The notes under the pieces are model-generated. The model saw only the letters and a program-made list of their open reading frames with translations. It searched no databases and was not told where the DNA came from. A DNA stretch of 64,000 nt from Owenia fusiformis. Taxonomy: Eukaryota. The stretch's first letter is position 1; the number at the start of each line of letters is the position of its first letter. Position numbers and translations under genes: made by a program. This document shows positions 50,001-63,472 of the stretch, one piece after another. The stretch is taken from assembly GCA_903813345.2 (NCBI GenBank), contig CAIIXF020000001.1, positions 48,794,001 to 48,858,000 of the forward strand, written 5' to 3'.

Positions 50001-52950
50001 TCATGTTTATCTTAGAAGGAACATCCACTTATACATTCAAATTTGGGCCTAAAATTAAGGTATATTTTTTATACTTACCATGTGAGGCGGAGGGAGGGGG
50101 ATCTGAGCCTCTCATTGTTAAAGTAGATTTGTGAGAAAAACAATTTGAAAATAGCTTGGAGTTCCTTTATATATAACATAACCACTTGCCTTATCACTCC
50201 CACTGCCTGCAGAGGGGGTAGGTTTACTAGATGACACAGCTATGGTTGTTTTAAGTCCACTTGTCTGTGTAGTATTAGGCTCATTGTCCTTCACATTTAC
50301 GACTGTCCCATTTTGTACAGGCCTTGGAGAAACTGTTCCGTTTGATAAAGGCTTAGATTCAATAACATCATTATTCCTACTAGATGCAGAAACATCATTA
50401 CTGGTTGGCCCACTAGCCTCACTTGAGCTCGATGAAAAAGACAGCATTCCCGGTTGACCAATTTTTTGAGCTCGCTTTAGAGATCCTGCCCCTTTTGATG
50501 CCTTAAGCTCTGCGATTAAGTCGAAGCTTGCAGGATTAGGTGAGGTTGCTCCGCTGCTTAAGCTAGACCGTTTAGAATTCCATCCACCTCCTTGTTTGGC
50601 TGAATCCACACTTGAAAAACTGTTTGGCCTGAAATGGTAAAAGGATTATTTTATTGTATCATTTGGCATAATTAAGGGTTTTATTAGAATTTCTGTCAAC
50701 TGGCCAAATTATTGAAAAATATAATTTAATACTAAAACTATGGCAGTACTCCTAAAACTTAACATGCCATTTTTGTAAAACACAACCAAATATAACTGCT
50801 TGTAGCCTGCTGCTAATAAAACCTTTGCATGCCGAGAAATAGATACACTGATTTCATCAAAGTTCAATCATGTTTAATCAAATAAGGCAATGAAACAAAT
50901 GATACATTTGCAGGTTGTTATGCTACTGGGTATTATAGAACCTTATAGGCAACAGGTGCTTTTAATGTCAGAGCTATATGAAAGGCAATGTTCAACTGTG
51001 TAAATGACTTATACAACAGTGAATGCAATAAAGAGAAAATATTAGGCATGATTTCAATATTAAAGAAAGAGAATAAAGAAATGAGTACAGTAACATGTGC
51101 AGTGACAGTGATTTTTGAGCAGAAATTCAATGATTCAGGCGCCTTGACATTTTAGTGTCAAAAAACGTATACCCTTTGCATTCGTTTGACTTCACTTCTT
51201 AAAAGAGAGCTTCGTCTTCACTCTTTCAAACTAAAATAAACCTTTGAACTCACCGCGCCAATCAGTGTTCGTCGGCCAAAATTGACCGACGTTCTATATA
51301 TGGTAATTCCTTCTTACGTCATCGTTGAGCCCGGAATTGACCAATGACATGCGCATATTTAATTAGAACGCATTTGGCGTGTGTTTCTTCAAGCTCGCTG
51401 ATTGGTGGAAGAAATGTCAGCGAGTAGGTCAAAAGTTATTTATTACGCAAACTGTCACCGGTACCCGTCGTGGGGGCGGGGATACTAAACTGTAATATGG
51501 TCTCTACTAGGCAGAGTGTAGTTTAACTAGACTCTGCACGCAGGGTAAAAAACGTATCTCATAACTTGTGACCTCAGTTGTAGCATTGTTTAAATAAAGC
51601 AAATCAGTCTCCAAAACTTCCTTGTTGGGGTTAGACCATTTGATACCTGTCTTATACACCCTTTAACTCAGTTGCTAGCTATACTATATACAATAATTAA
51701 AAAATGGCCCTCGAGATCTACACTAATGGTATGCCAAGTAATGTCCAATCAGAAACAGAAGATTTCATTCTGACTGACCATACTCCCTCCTTTGTTGGTT
51801 GATTGGGAAAGTTCATGAGAAATGAGGTAGAGGTATCATGATGAAAACATTTGATATATTGAGAATAGCAAGATCTATGAACTACCTACAAATGCACTCA
51901 TCAATTATTTAAAGTCATTTGTTTGTTGAGCAGCAAGTTTGTATTGATGAGAATATAATCTATTTATGATTGCAAGAATTTATGACATTTAAAAGAATCA
52001 ACGAAGTGAAGATAGCTGGTACAGTCTGAATAGCTACACATTTAACCCCTAGAATCAGATTATATTCCACACAAGATGAATGTGAACCCCTTAGAAGCCA
52101 AATGGGGTCTAGGTGACATTGGCGAGAGGGATGTATCATTATACAAGCCATTAACTTTTGAAATGTCACCACCTGCCAATTGTTACAGCAGCAAATACTC
52201 ACCACCAAACACCAACCACTAAATGCTGAACACCAACCACCGAACATGCTCCACAAAAAAGCAGGAGACCATAACCATATGTTTAAAAAAATAAAGTCAC
52301 AAGTAAATGGAAATTCCCAGTAAATGATAACAACAGGCCTTATGCCAACATGCCCTATGCCAACAAACTCTATGGCAAGAACGCAACATGCCCTATGACT
52401 ACATACCTGGATAGACGAGACTCATTGTCATGGTTCCTCAGCTGTAGGAGCAGGCCTGGTGGAGGTCCTGGGGGTGCAGGAGCAGGGGGAGGAGGGGGTG
52501 CGGGGGCAGCATTCTTAGTTTCATTATTATTGGCCTCCCCATTTACAACTGGGAGTTCTTCTGTCTGTGTTGCCATGGTAACTGCCTCCGGGGAGTCCCT
52601 CGGCTGCTTGCCTGGCTGATATCGATCCAACACCGATTTTTTGGGTGAACTTGGGGCTGAACTTGATGTAGACCGTGGGGGGCTGTAGGATGTTGCCTTT
52701 TCAAATTTGGCTCGTGCTGAAGAGACTGTTGGCTGTATGTCAGGTAAATCACTAAGAGTTGAAGTCGTTGATGATAGAGGACTATCTTGTGATTGGCTGA
52801 TTGATTCTTGGGGAATGGCAACTGGTGGTGGCGATTTTGTAACTGGGCTAAGGTTATTCGAATGCTTTACACATTCTCCAGTTTCATGTTCTTTACACCA
52901 CAATACACCTCTCCGGACTAAGATATCACATTGTGGAGATGCTGATTGGG
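47039..52950 (-). CDS. ESPN: Espin/forked-like actin-bundling protein, 3' five coding exons (5' exons not identified; upstream or outside the window)
   Basis: Exons 52950-52407, 50628-50190, 49916-49731, 48441-48362 and 47132-47039 are phase consistent. Order of motifs: poly-proline PAPPPPPAPAPPGPPP, WH2-like FDLIAELKASKGAGSLKR, then the actin-bundling module FLDQVPTVDAGGKEIPAWKRQMMAK...EEEENKYKGVPAWKRAILEKK, matching the vertebrate espin pattern IPEWKRQVM...MPAWRRDLLRKK. Confidence 0.85.
49128..49178 (+). repeat. 17-bp tandem repeat (CCCAAGACAACTCGTA-like) x3
   Basis: Three degenerate copies read directly. Confidence 0.7.
51170..51547. mobile_element. Non-autonomous DNA element with short TIRs and 9-bp TSD (copy 1)
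   Basis: TACCCT...AGGGTA ends; TSD AAAAACGTA at 51161-51169 and 51548-51556; subterminal hairpin GCAGAGTGTAGTTTAACTAGACTCTGC. Confidence 0.88.
52143..52282 (-). mobile_element. Minimal HINE-family relic without tandem array
   Basis: Its reverse complement resembles both the left and the right module of 8582-9720, with no satellite between them. Confidence 0.6.
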
Positions 52951-53458
52951 CTGAAAGTACATGGAAATAAAGTGATATAAAAGGATGTATATCATGACAA
53001 TGCACCAGCCTCCATCTTCTCCCAACTCACCCTTTCTTCATAAGCTGCAAAGCTTCCAGATGGTAAAAGGTGAAATGTTACCTGAGTAAGATTGCATGTA
53101 AGTTAAAAACATAATGTTAGTGGTAAGAGTAGAGAAACTACCACACATGCTTTCCATTTTTATCTCACTTTTCAGAAAAATTAATGTTTCTCTCTAATTC
53201 TTCCCCAATCATAAATATCAAGTAATTTTCAAGAAATATATAATAGGCAAGGTAATAGTCAACTTTCTCTCAACATTCTATAGGTGAAATGTATAATGAA
53301 TTACTGTAATCAATCAGTGCCTGTGTTGACTGAAATCCCCTCAATATCTTGACTTGAATGTACATGAGCAAACTAATCAACAGTCAACCCAAACATCACA
53401 TTCTATGCCAAAACATGCATATACATTGATCCTCTTAATCATAAGGTCATGATATTTA

Positions 53459-53805
53459 TACCTTTGCATTCGTTCCACTTCACTTCTTAAAAGAGAGCTT
53501 CATATTCACTCTTTCAGTTTACAATAAATCTCTGATCTCACTGAGCCAATCAGAGTTCGTCGTTGAAATATGGACAACTTTCTATATGGTCCTTTCCTCT
53601 GACATACTCGCATAGTTAATGAGCATGTATTTAGCAAGTGTTCCTTCCACTTCGCTGAGGTTGAGAAAGGGTCAGCGTGGTAGATTTGGAATTATTTATT
53701 ACCCACTCTGTCACAGGCACCCATCTTCAAGGTGGGGCTGCTAAACTGTAATATAGTCTATTCTAGGCAGAGGGTAGTTTATAACTAGAGTCTGTGTGTA
53801 GGGTA
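53459..53805. mobile_element. Same family, older copy 2, 9-bp TSD
   Basis: Colinear with 51170-51547; TSD TGATATTTA at 53450-53458 and 53806-53814. Confidence 0.85.
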
Positions 53806-53983
53806 TGATATTTACCATCTTAAGTCACAAATTGAGCTTGTACAGGTATGTGATTTGCCAAACAGATTAAGAGTAAAAATAAATATTGGAACATGATATG
53901 CCACTGCACATGTCCATGCGCTGTCATTGTGATCTCAAAATTATTCTACTTACCTATTTTTATTGAACTTTTTTACATGTAAA

Positions 53984-54248
53984 ATACCAATGCCAATGTG
54001 AATTATGATACCAATACAAATACTAATGCCAATGCTAATACCAATACTTATACCAATGCCAATACCTATGTAATTGCCAATTCTGGCATATAGAATTCTC
54101 ATACCAATGCCAATATTAATAGCAATATCAATGCCAATACTTATACCAATGTCAATGGTATTCTGAAACACACTCTGATATGAATACTTATACAAATGTC
54201 AATACTAATACCAAAACAATGAATACTAATACCAATGCCGATACCAAT
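53984..54248. repeat. Degenerate hexamer microsatellite (ATACCA/ATGCCA)n
   Basis: Read directly; produces the spurious IGIGI ORF. Confidence 0.85.
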
Positions 54249-56264
54249 AAAATCAAGTCAATATACATTTCAAATTTTCAGTCTTGACTATTTATGCCAT
54301 GAATAGAAATTCCTGATTGTTAACATATTTAGTACAGATTTTGTTCATTAACACTTTTATCATATATCTGTGTTTTATAGGTCAGTAACTTATTCTTGTT
54401 TTTTTCTTCTGCTCATTTACAATATTAGTTATAGTTATCCATTATTGTTTTATATTCAACTTTTTGCTACTTACATTGAATTAATATATAATTTCCAGCC
54501 AGTGAATTATTTTCAGTCACGTTTGATATTCCCTGTATATGCCCTGCTTCATACAACACTACAGATACATGTAAAATATAATTTAAGTGCAATTTGCACT
54601 AAGAACTGCTTCAATGAGTTTCTTTTTAACTATACATTTCCTGTCATCTTTTTTATAAAATCATTTTAGCCAATGATTTCAACACATTCAAATTTCAATG
54701 TTTCGTGTGTGTTAATATTTCAAACAGCGCCTGTTGGGTTTTTGCCATTACTTGCACATATATACACAGCACTCATATTTATTCATGTAACACCAAATAG
54801 ACAAGAATGTAAAAGGCAAGAAAAACATGAAACAGTCACGAAGTGCAACCCCTAAATAACCCATAAAAAAACATGGTGTAGAATCATTCAATATTAATGA
54901 GAAAATTAAAGAAATAACCAAGCACTAGATGATATTTTATTACAGGACTATTGGCTTTTGACAAATCTCTCAATATTTTCTTTGCTGGGCTAAAACCTCT
55001 CAAATATACTTATGATTCATGAATGGGTAAATCACGTTCAAACTTCAACCTGAAGTCTTAATTATATTATAGAGCTTACAATGGACTTTACCTAGGATTA
55101 CATAAGATATATCGACCTATTTTATTTGATCTCATTTCAAAAATCAACACACAACTTTGAAATTTGAATATCAGATTTTTTTACCAAGTGTGCTTCTTAT
55201 AAAGAGAAAATAAGGTAGAGTAGGAATGTGAATCGATTAAGTCTCTGCCCCCCCCCTCTCTATTCTGGCTATTCCTGTGCCCAGGAGATGTGATAGGTAT
55301 GTTTGGCAGGAGATTAGGGGTAGACAATGACCTGATAAAAGACTAGATAAAGGGAAACAGTTTTTTTAACATAACATTTTTTGAAGTTGTGAAATGTCTA
55401 TCATCTCTTCGAATCACTTTTAACTCATACCACATACAGCAAATACATAAGGAGAAAGGATTTTCTACATTAGGATTCAAAATCTAGTCAAAGTAGCCCA
55501 TCATATGTAAAATTTACATACAACATTGCATCAAGAAGTGTGGCTTTAAAAATTATTCATCAGCTTTGAAATTTCACTTATACTTGAAAACGTACTCTCT
55601 AGGCCGGATAAATTCCCCTGGACCAAATGTTGTAAAATCACAAAAAGTCAAATATCTTTTCTTAAATTACTAATTATAATTAAAATATCTTAAATTTTAT
55701 TATTGTCAAACTCAAAAAGGTTTTATGAAAATTGATTCAATAAATCTAATGAATAATGAAGTTTAAAGTAATTTTTCCTATATCTGCCATGTTATACCAG
55801 ACCCAAATTAGCCACCAGGTGGAGAAACTGGAAACTGCTATTGGTAATTCAAATTGATCAAACAAGATTCAGCTACCCAATCAGAAATGTAATTGTGAGA
55901 TGCCTCTTTACTCGTAAGTATTTGTTCGTCTTATACAGAGGACAGTAAATACTACAGGTACTAGCCCCAGGGTAATGAAAAGGTTGATGAATCTATTAGT
56001 TGTGTGTTCAGTTTTGTGTCAGAGCTAATGAATAATGCAAGATACCAAAAGGTCAACACAATTGTTTGCAATTAATCTGGAAACAGAAAATAACTTGGAT
56101 GAATGGAAACAATAAATAGCATGAGACATGAAATGATACAATTAATTTTTTGTGGAAAAATACTAGTAACTAACTTATATATTTAGATCAATATAATGTG
56201 CTATTTTGTATGTAGTGCATATTTATTCCATAATACTACTGTTTTCCCAGGGAAATATGAAGGA

Positions 56265-56680
56265 ATAAAAATCGTATTGAATCGTATTACATGAAAAAAT
56301 CGTATTGTCCCCGGGAAAAAAATCGTATTGGAGCGTATTACATGGAAAAATCGTATTGTCCCCGGGACAAAAATCGTATTGGAACGTATTAACCTATTTT
56401 TGGTTTTCCCGGTTATTTTTAACCTTGACTAATTGATAAAAGCATTATCAAAATGTAACATTTTAAGGAGGAATGTATTATGGAATAAATAGGTTATTTC
56501 TGGTCGGGATTGAATATGGGTTTTATTCCTCGGAAAATATGATATTGACCTTGGGAAATATGATATTGACACTCGGTCGCTGCGCTCCCTCGGTCAATAT
56601 CATATTACCCTTCGGTCAATATCATATTGTCCCTCGGAATAAAACCCATATTCAATCCCTCCCAGTAAATAACCTATATA
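56265..56680. repeat. Tandem AAAAATCGTATTG array followed by an about 190-bp palindrome
   Basis: Repeats at 56265-56392; ATAGGTTATTT...GGGATTGAATATGGGTTTTATTCC pairs with GGAATAAAACCCATATTCAATCCC...AAATAACCTAT around the centre CTCGGTCGCTGCGCTCCCTCGG. Confidence 0.85.
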
Positions 56681-59156
56681 TATTATATATAATATCTCTA
56701 TATTACCTATTTGTATATTGATATTAATACACAACAACATATGGAATAATAGATTCAATAGAATATTGTAATACAATATTGCCATTAATGTGTAAAAAGG
56801 AAAATACATGCATAACAAAATCTACTAAATATTAAACGAAGGCAATTAGTTAAATTCAATATTTTTTCATGTGGATTTTATTCTGAAAACACAAATACAC
56901 ATAAAATATAAGAGTATTCCAGTAAAACTTCAAAATATCAACCAATAAAACAATATCAAGGGGGAACAAAATTGTCCCCTCTTACTGACAATGCCTCTTC
57001 AAGAGGACAAGTGTCACTGATTGCAAGAATACTTCAGGTATATGCAACAATTAGTGGAGGATTACCAGGATGAATTACCTCAATACAAATATTGGACTTC
57101 CTATAAAATTGAAATACACCACTCCTGTTTACTTTCCCTGCCTTTGATGACTCTTTTACTGAGTGCACTAAATTGCGTGACAAATATCGAACATACAGTT
57201 TTTTAAACATCAAAATAAAATTTGAGGAAACTTTTGAAAGTCGTTAAAGTCATTAAATTCTTAAAGCTACATTGATTTAGTATTTGTAATTTGTTAACAC
57301 CAGACAAAGTTTGACAACTATTAGTGCCCCAGTCTCTATTGTACTTAAACTGGCATCAACAAAAAACTCAATGTAACCACAGTTTTCTGAATAAAATATG
57401 ACAGGTGGAGATTTCCTGAAGTTGATTAGTTTATTTGTATTCAACTCCATTGTCTCATGTTTTGCTCAAAACATATTTCTCTTAACTTGAGCATAGAAAG
57501 GGGCAATAATGCTAAAAGACTTACTGACATTTGCCTCTAAATAAAGCTACTCTTCTGCTCTGTAGCACTTTATCTAAATTTACTTGACACAAGTATGATT
57601 AGCAAATCAACCCCATCAAAAGTTAAGACTCATTTCATAACAAAGGAGCTGAGTTTTTAGTGCTTTTTAGGTCTAAATTAGGGTGGCACTTTTGGGTGTC
57701 AGCCACTTGGCTTGTCTATCAAAAGTTGAGTCGACTGTAATTCCCACCCCCACCCCAGCAATAGAAACAATATTACTTTAAGAAAGTAAACATATATTGG
57801 TTGCAGACCAAATTCAGTCCAGTGCACATATATATATCTCAAATTGAAGTAAAAAAAACAAAATATTTGTTGATTACAGACCAAATTCAGTCCAGTACAC
57901 CCCCCCCCCCCCTAACAAGACATATCTCAACTTAAAGTGCCCTCTTCATTCATTAACATAATATGCCTACTCTTCAATTATCCACATTTTCTTTTTTATT
58001 GATACTGCTTATTATGTTATATAAATATAATATATATATAAAACTACTAAGAACACCTGTAACACTTACCTCAGAAAATATAGCCAGTAGATCACCTGTT
58101 TGAATTACTTTAACCTAAGTTGATATCTTAACAGTTATTCTTTCTTTGTACATCTGTCACTATAACTTCAGGCAACCCTCTCTTATGTACCTTACTTGAA
58201 ATAGAGTTCCACGGGTACAGCTAAGAAATCGATATGAAGTGGTATTTACTTAATTGTTGGCATTCAAAAGCACACAAAAATTCTTAACTATCTAGTACAA
58301 GTGATGTAGAATTTAGTTAAATGTAAAGTTATTTTCGACTAAAAAGTAGTGAGACACACATCACTACCCATGCAAAGAATATGTCCTTTCTAGAACATTA
58401 AATAAGGTCATGATATTGAAATCCCTTGTAATTTAATGTCACACAATAAAATACATAAATAAATCCTTGTATAAAGGTTCATGAAATGTGTAACTATATC
58501 ACATTTTATATTTTCATTCATTGAGTGTACAGTGAGATAAAAAGGAGTATTATTAAATCATCAATAAGGCTTAAGTTTGACTCTATACATAGATAGTGTA
58601 CATACATGTGAATACTTGGCGAAGCTTTATCTATTGTAATCATTGAGCAGAAAAATTTAATCTCCTAAAGTTCATAATAAATATATGATATTTTTTCATT
58701 TCTATATGATACAAGTTATGTGGCTTTATTTGTCGATTTCCTTGTTTACAGATTCCTCTTTTCTTATTCTATTTACATAAACAGTCATGACAATGTAAAT
58801 TTAATTCGTAGGTTCAAAGTGTCAGTGTGACATAAAAAGTAAAGAGGGTCATATAGATGTATCTACTCTATTTTACTGTGGACATCAAAGTGTACTCAGC
58901 CCTATTCAAATCAAATATCACATAAAATATCACATCAAATATCGAATATCACCTTATTGGAATGGGAAGCCCTCCTCAGTGAGATTATATATTCTGAGAT
59001 TTAACGTTCATTCAAGGAGTGGATCCAGATACTGGTAGTTCTTATATGGTCAACTTTTTCTAAAACAGGGCTGATTTTTGAGAGAATTTGCATTTTTTGG
59101 AAAAATTAGACTAAGCCTTTGAAACATCTTGGCCAAAATTTTCAAAAGGAAATTTC

Positions 59157-61126
59157 CACGCGGTAGTATCTCTTCGGGACGTATCGAAACCACTCCGTCC
59201 CGAAAAAACCGTTAATTTGAATTTAAAACCTACCCCAGTGTTTGAAAATCAAGGATTGTGAGTCTCACACTTCACCGTTTTTCTTCAAACTTGTTCCGTA
59301 CAAAGCTTCACAGAAATACCTTTCAGTCGATACATTGTTTTCGTGTACAAAGTACCTTGTTTTAGCGGCGTTTTGGTCCCCAGCTGCGAGATAAAGCAAA
59401 TTTTCATAACTTTCAACTGTAAGTCAAGTTATCTCGCCAGTCTTTTACCCATTCTCGCTCATAATTTCAGAGTGACTCCCATTACAACCTTCCATCGCTA
59501 CGTTTTGATTTTTGGGCATCAAACGCAGCAGTTTCTAAATCATCCACACATCTCTTAAAATTTGACCAATACGTCCCGTCACCTTCCACTACGCCCCGCC
59601 GAGTCTATGACTACGACAAACGTGGAGTTGTATTCTAAAACATTTTGTTCATCGTTGTGTAATTTTACGTAGGTTTCACATTGCCTTGGTCGATTCTTAA
59701 CACCAGTCTTAAGTTTAGCATACATACGGAGTATAACTATAACTGATTGCATGAAATTGATAGTTTAGGTTTAAATGTTTGTGAAAAGTTGATACGTTTC
59801 TTCAGGTTCAACAAAGTTATAGGTTAGGGTTGTCCAAATCTGCAAAATTTTCCAAAAATCTGTCATCTGATAGATTCTAGTTACAAATTGACTCTTGGTA
59901 CAAATATTTCCACTCTAGACCCCTGGGAAATTTTGCCACGCGTTTCACTTGAAGTTTTGGTAATTTTGACAAATATGCCGTTTTCATAAATGGTTTATAA
60001 CTCAAAATTAAACTGTTGTACTTTCAGGAATATGTATTTTTTCTTCATCATGTATGATTTTCAATAACCCTACAGGCACCACTTTTTTTTAGCTAAATCC
60101 ATCGGGAAACTTTGCCACGCTTAATTTCAAAATAACGGAGATGTTATCAAAATTGAGCAATATTGGCACAAAAACGTTTCTAGATTCATATAAAGAATAC
60201 ATCATCATACAACACTAATTGGTATATAAACAACATCTACTGACTTGGTCTGATAATGTAATATAAAGATTTTAACTGTTGTGTGTCAACCTTTCTTCTG
60301 TATGATTCCATTGGATTACATTATGAAACGTGTACCATATAAAATGATACATGTTTTTAACGTTATGCTGAAAATAATATAATTGACATCACCCATCCTT
60401 TCGCATTTTAACATTTTTTCAAGGATAGGGCACTTTAAACGTTTCTTTAAAATATTTTCAATTGTTCAGTAATTAAAATCTTTATATTGCAATATCGGGA
60501 AATCTAAATTTTAGGGAGATTTTGGACCACCCTATTATAGGTATATTGAAAATGGACAAGAATGGGTAAATCTTAAAACACAATCCGATTGGTATTTAGA
60601 ATCGACAATGGCAACCTACAAACGGACACATCGATGGACAAATTGTTTGAGAATGCAACTCTACGTGTATAGTGATAGACTCGGCGGGGCGTAGTGGAAG
60701 ATGACGGGACGTATTGGTCAAATTTGAAGAGATGTGTGGATGATTTAGAAACTGCTGTGTTTGATGCCCAAAAATCAAGACGTAGCGATGGAAGGTTGTA
60801 ATGGGAGTCCATTCTGAAATTATGGGCAAGAATGGGTAAAAGACTGGCGAGATAACTTGACTTACAGTTGAAAGTTATGAAAATTTGCTTTATCTCACAG
60901 CTGGGGACCAAAACGCCGCTAAAACGAGGTACTATGTACACGAAAACAATGTATCGACTGAAAGGTATTTCTGTGAAGCTTTGTACGGAACAAGTTTGAA
61001 GAAAAACGGTGAAGTGTGAGACTCACAATTCTTGATTTTCAAACACTGGGGTAGGTTTTAAATTCAAATTAACGGTTTTTCGGGACGGAGTGGTTTCGAT
61101 ACGTCCCGAAGAGATACTACCGCGTG
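59157..61126. mobile_element. Non-autonomous Transib-like DNA transposon, about 540-bp TIRs, 5-bp TSD
   Basis: ATTTC|CACGCGGTAGTATCTCTTCGGGACG ... CGTCCCGAAGAGATACTACCGCGTG|ATTTC. The TIRs and TSD are seen directly; the superfamily is inferred from CAC/GTG termini plus a 5-bp TSD. Confidence 0.88.
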
Positions 61127-63364
61127 ATTTCCTGTGATGGGATTTTCAAACTATTCATCTACTAACTCCCCTTTTATAATCACTAGATCTATCTTTGACA
61201 AAGAAAAAATAAAAATATGTATTAACAATCGATGAAAATTTCAGAAATTCCTTTTAGAGATTCAAGTCTATTTTATAAGAACTCAGGCCTGTCCAAGCTA
61301 ATCTGAATGTAAGAAGAAAGGGTCAACAACTAAAATAAACTATAAGTTGTTTAAATAATGAAAAATACCTGAATCATATTTTACTGTTTGTTATAGTTAA
61401 CAAGTATTCATTAAGTTAAGAATGCAATAGAATGTAACATAACATTGATAAATGATGAGATAAAGCTAAATCGCCCCCACAAACCTCCTCTTGTAGTTCA
61501 TAAACAACATAATAAGCAGAAACAACAATAGGTTCAGCAGATTTAACATAATCACAGTCATGAACTCCTCTTTATTCCTTTATTTCAAATTCTTCTTAAA
61601 AATTAGCTGGTGATGCAATAAATAGCAAGAAAGAGTTAGAAAGATTTAAAATATAATACAGGTAGTTTAGAACAGTGTACATTTATATGAATGTGATACA
61701 TCAATTTAAAGAATGTGTATGTAGATGAAACATTTGAAGAAATTGAAGTACCATTTAATATATTTCAACAATTAAAACAATCTACTTACATAATAGCTCA
61801 CTAAGTTGGTTTAGTTTGATTAACTGAGTCTTCACTCCTTGCTTTGGGGAGCTAGAAAATCTCCAGAGTTAAATTGCTTACCATGCAATAAACCGTACCA
61901 TAAATTGACCATTGTTTGGTGCCTTTTTAATTGATTGTTGACTTTATGTTAATGGATTTTGAGAGACATGAACTAGAGATTTCACCTCATGTCTACACTG
62001 AACACCGCCTAACAATAAAGGTAATAAATAGAGAGTATAGCAGATAACATACTTGAAGATAAAACTTTCTTTGCTCACTTTGCTTTAATACACCTCAACT
62101 ACAGCTAAACCTGCATATTTTAACACCATTGCAGCAAATAATAACTGTTCAAATTGTTTAACAACTTTTTATTGTTTAAACTTGTAGGTCTGTTTCTATT
62201 ATAAAGTATGATTTTCATCAAATTATTCTTATTGTCAAGAAATTGGAGAAGAATGATTTAGAAAAATGGTCACAGATACACACAAAACATATGTGCATAT
62301 TATCAAAATGATCAAAAGAGCTCAGCATTCAAATAACGTATAACCTCTCCACTCCTATTTTTATTGAATTGAGGCAAGTCATAAAACTCTAATTGTAAAA
62401 TATGTATTCGAAATCTTCCCTGTATTTTATTTGTCCAGATCCCCTTCCCAACTTTTGAATGTACTGTCTGTTGGAGTCAAAGTAAAGCAAAACTGTAAAA
62501 TGCTTGATATATGAATTTGTACATAAGAGGAGAATGTTTATTTATTTAAAGCTTTGATAATAATGACACTAGGTGATAGAAACAGAAATGATAACACATA
62601 ATCATAACTTACCTTTCAGTGTGGCTTTCTTAGAGCCAATCAGTCAGACAATGAAATAAATAATCAAATGCTACTTATGTGTACTGTTACTTTAACACCC
62701 TGTACTTATGACATCAATTTTCAATTACTCCATTTTACTCATGATATTTGCTTTTTCAGTTTTCACACAGCTTCAAGAAAACATGGATAAATCAATAGAA
62801 TATAATCTTAATTTGGAATGTTTATTGAGGCTGGGCATCAAATTGGTTCATTAGTCATCATATTACTTTCACATAGAGGTCCAACACACACCCACATATC
62901 TTATACCTATTTTCTCTTTCATCTGTATCATGCAGTTCCTGATATAATGTGGGGTGTTGTCGTTATGTTAGCACTACTTTGGTAAATTCCATTCATTAAA
63001 TCTATTATATAAATTGTTTTTATGAATACGTCATGTGAATACCCCTGCATAGGTAAGAAGAAAGTGATATTATAAGGTTCCATATGAATGACGTTAATGG
63101 TCCTTAAACATAATTACAATCCCTCTAAAATAATGATACTGTAACTGAATTTTGTGACATGTTGCACAGACAGACCCATGATCCAAATATCTTTACTTTT
63201 ATTAAACTTTACTGTTATTAAACCCAACAAACATTAAAAGCACAATGAAAAAAGAACCACAAGGACATGCCCAGATTATATATTATATTGTATGTGTAAA
63301 AATGTTTTTTACAAAAACGAACTTCCACAAAAAATCCGAAAAGTTCAAAACTGCACAACCTGCC

Positions 63365-63472
63365 ATTTGTTACAGACACCGAACAATGATCACCAACCGC
63401 CATCTGCCGAACACCATCCACAAAAAAGTTGGCGACTATAACAATATGTCACCATTTCTGGTGGTTACATAA
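63365..63472 (-). mobile_element. HINE-family left module relic
   Basis: The reverse complement TTATGTAACCACCAGAAATGGTGACATATTGTTAT...TGTCTGTAACAAAT matches 8582-8672. Confidence 0.7.

Noticed and set aside
53950..54195. IGIGI-repeat ORF
   Set aside because: Hexamer microsatellite.
59343..60941. Near-identical ORFs on opposite strands
   Set aside because: They lie within the two TIRs of the Transib-like element, differ by frameshifts and show no transposase motifs.
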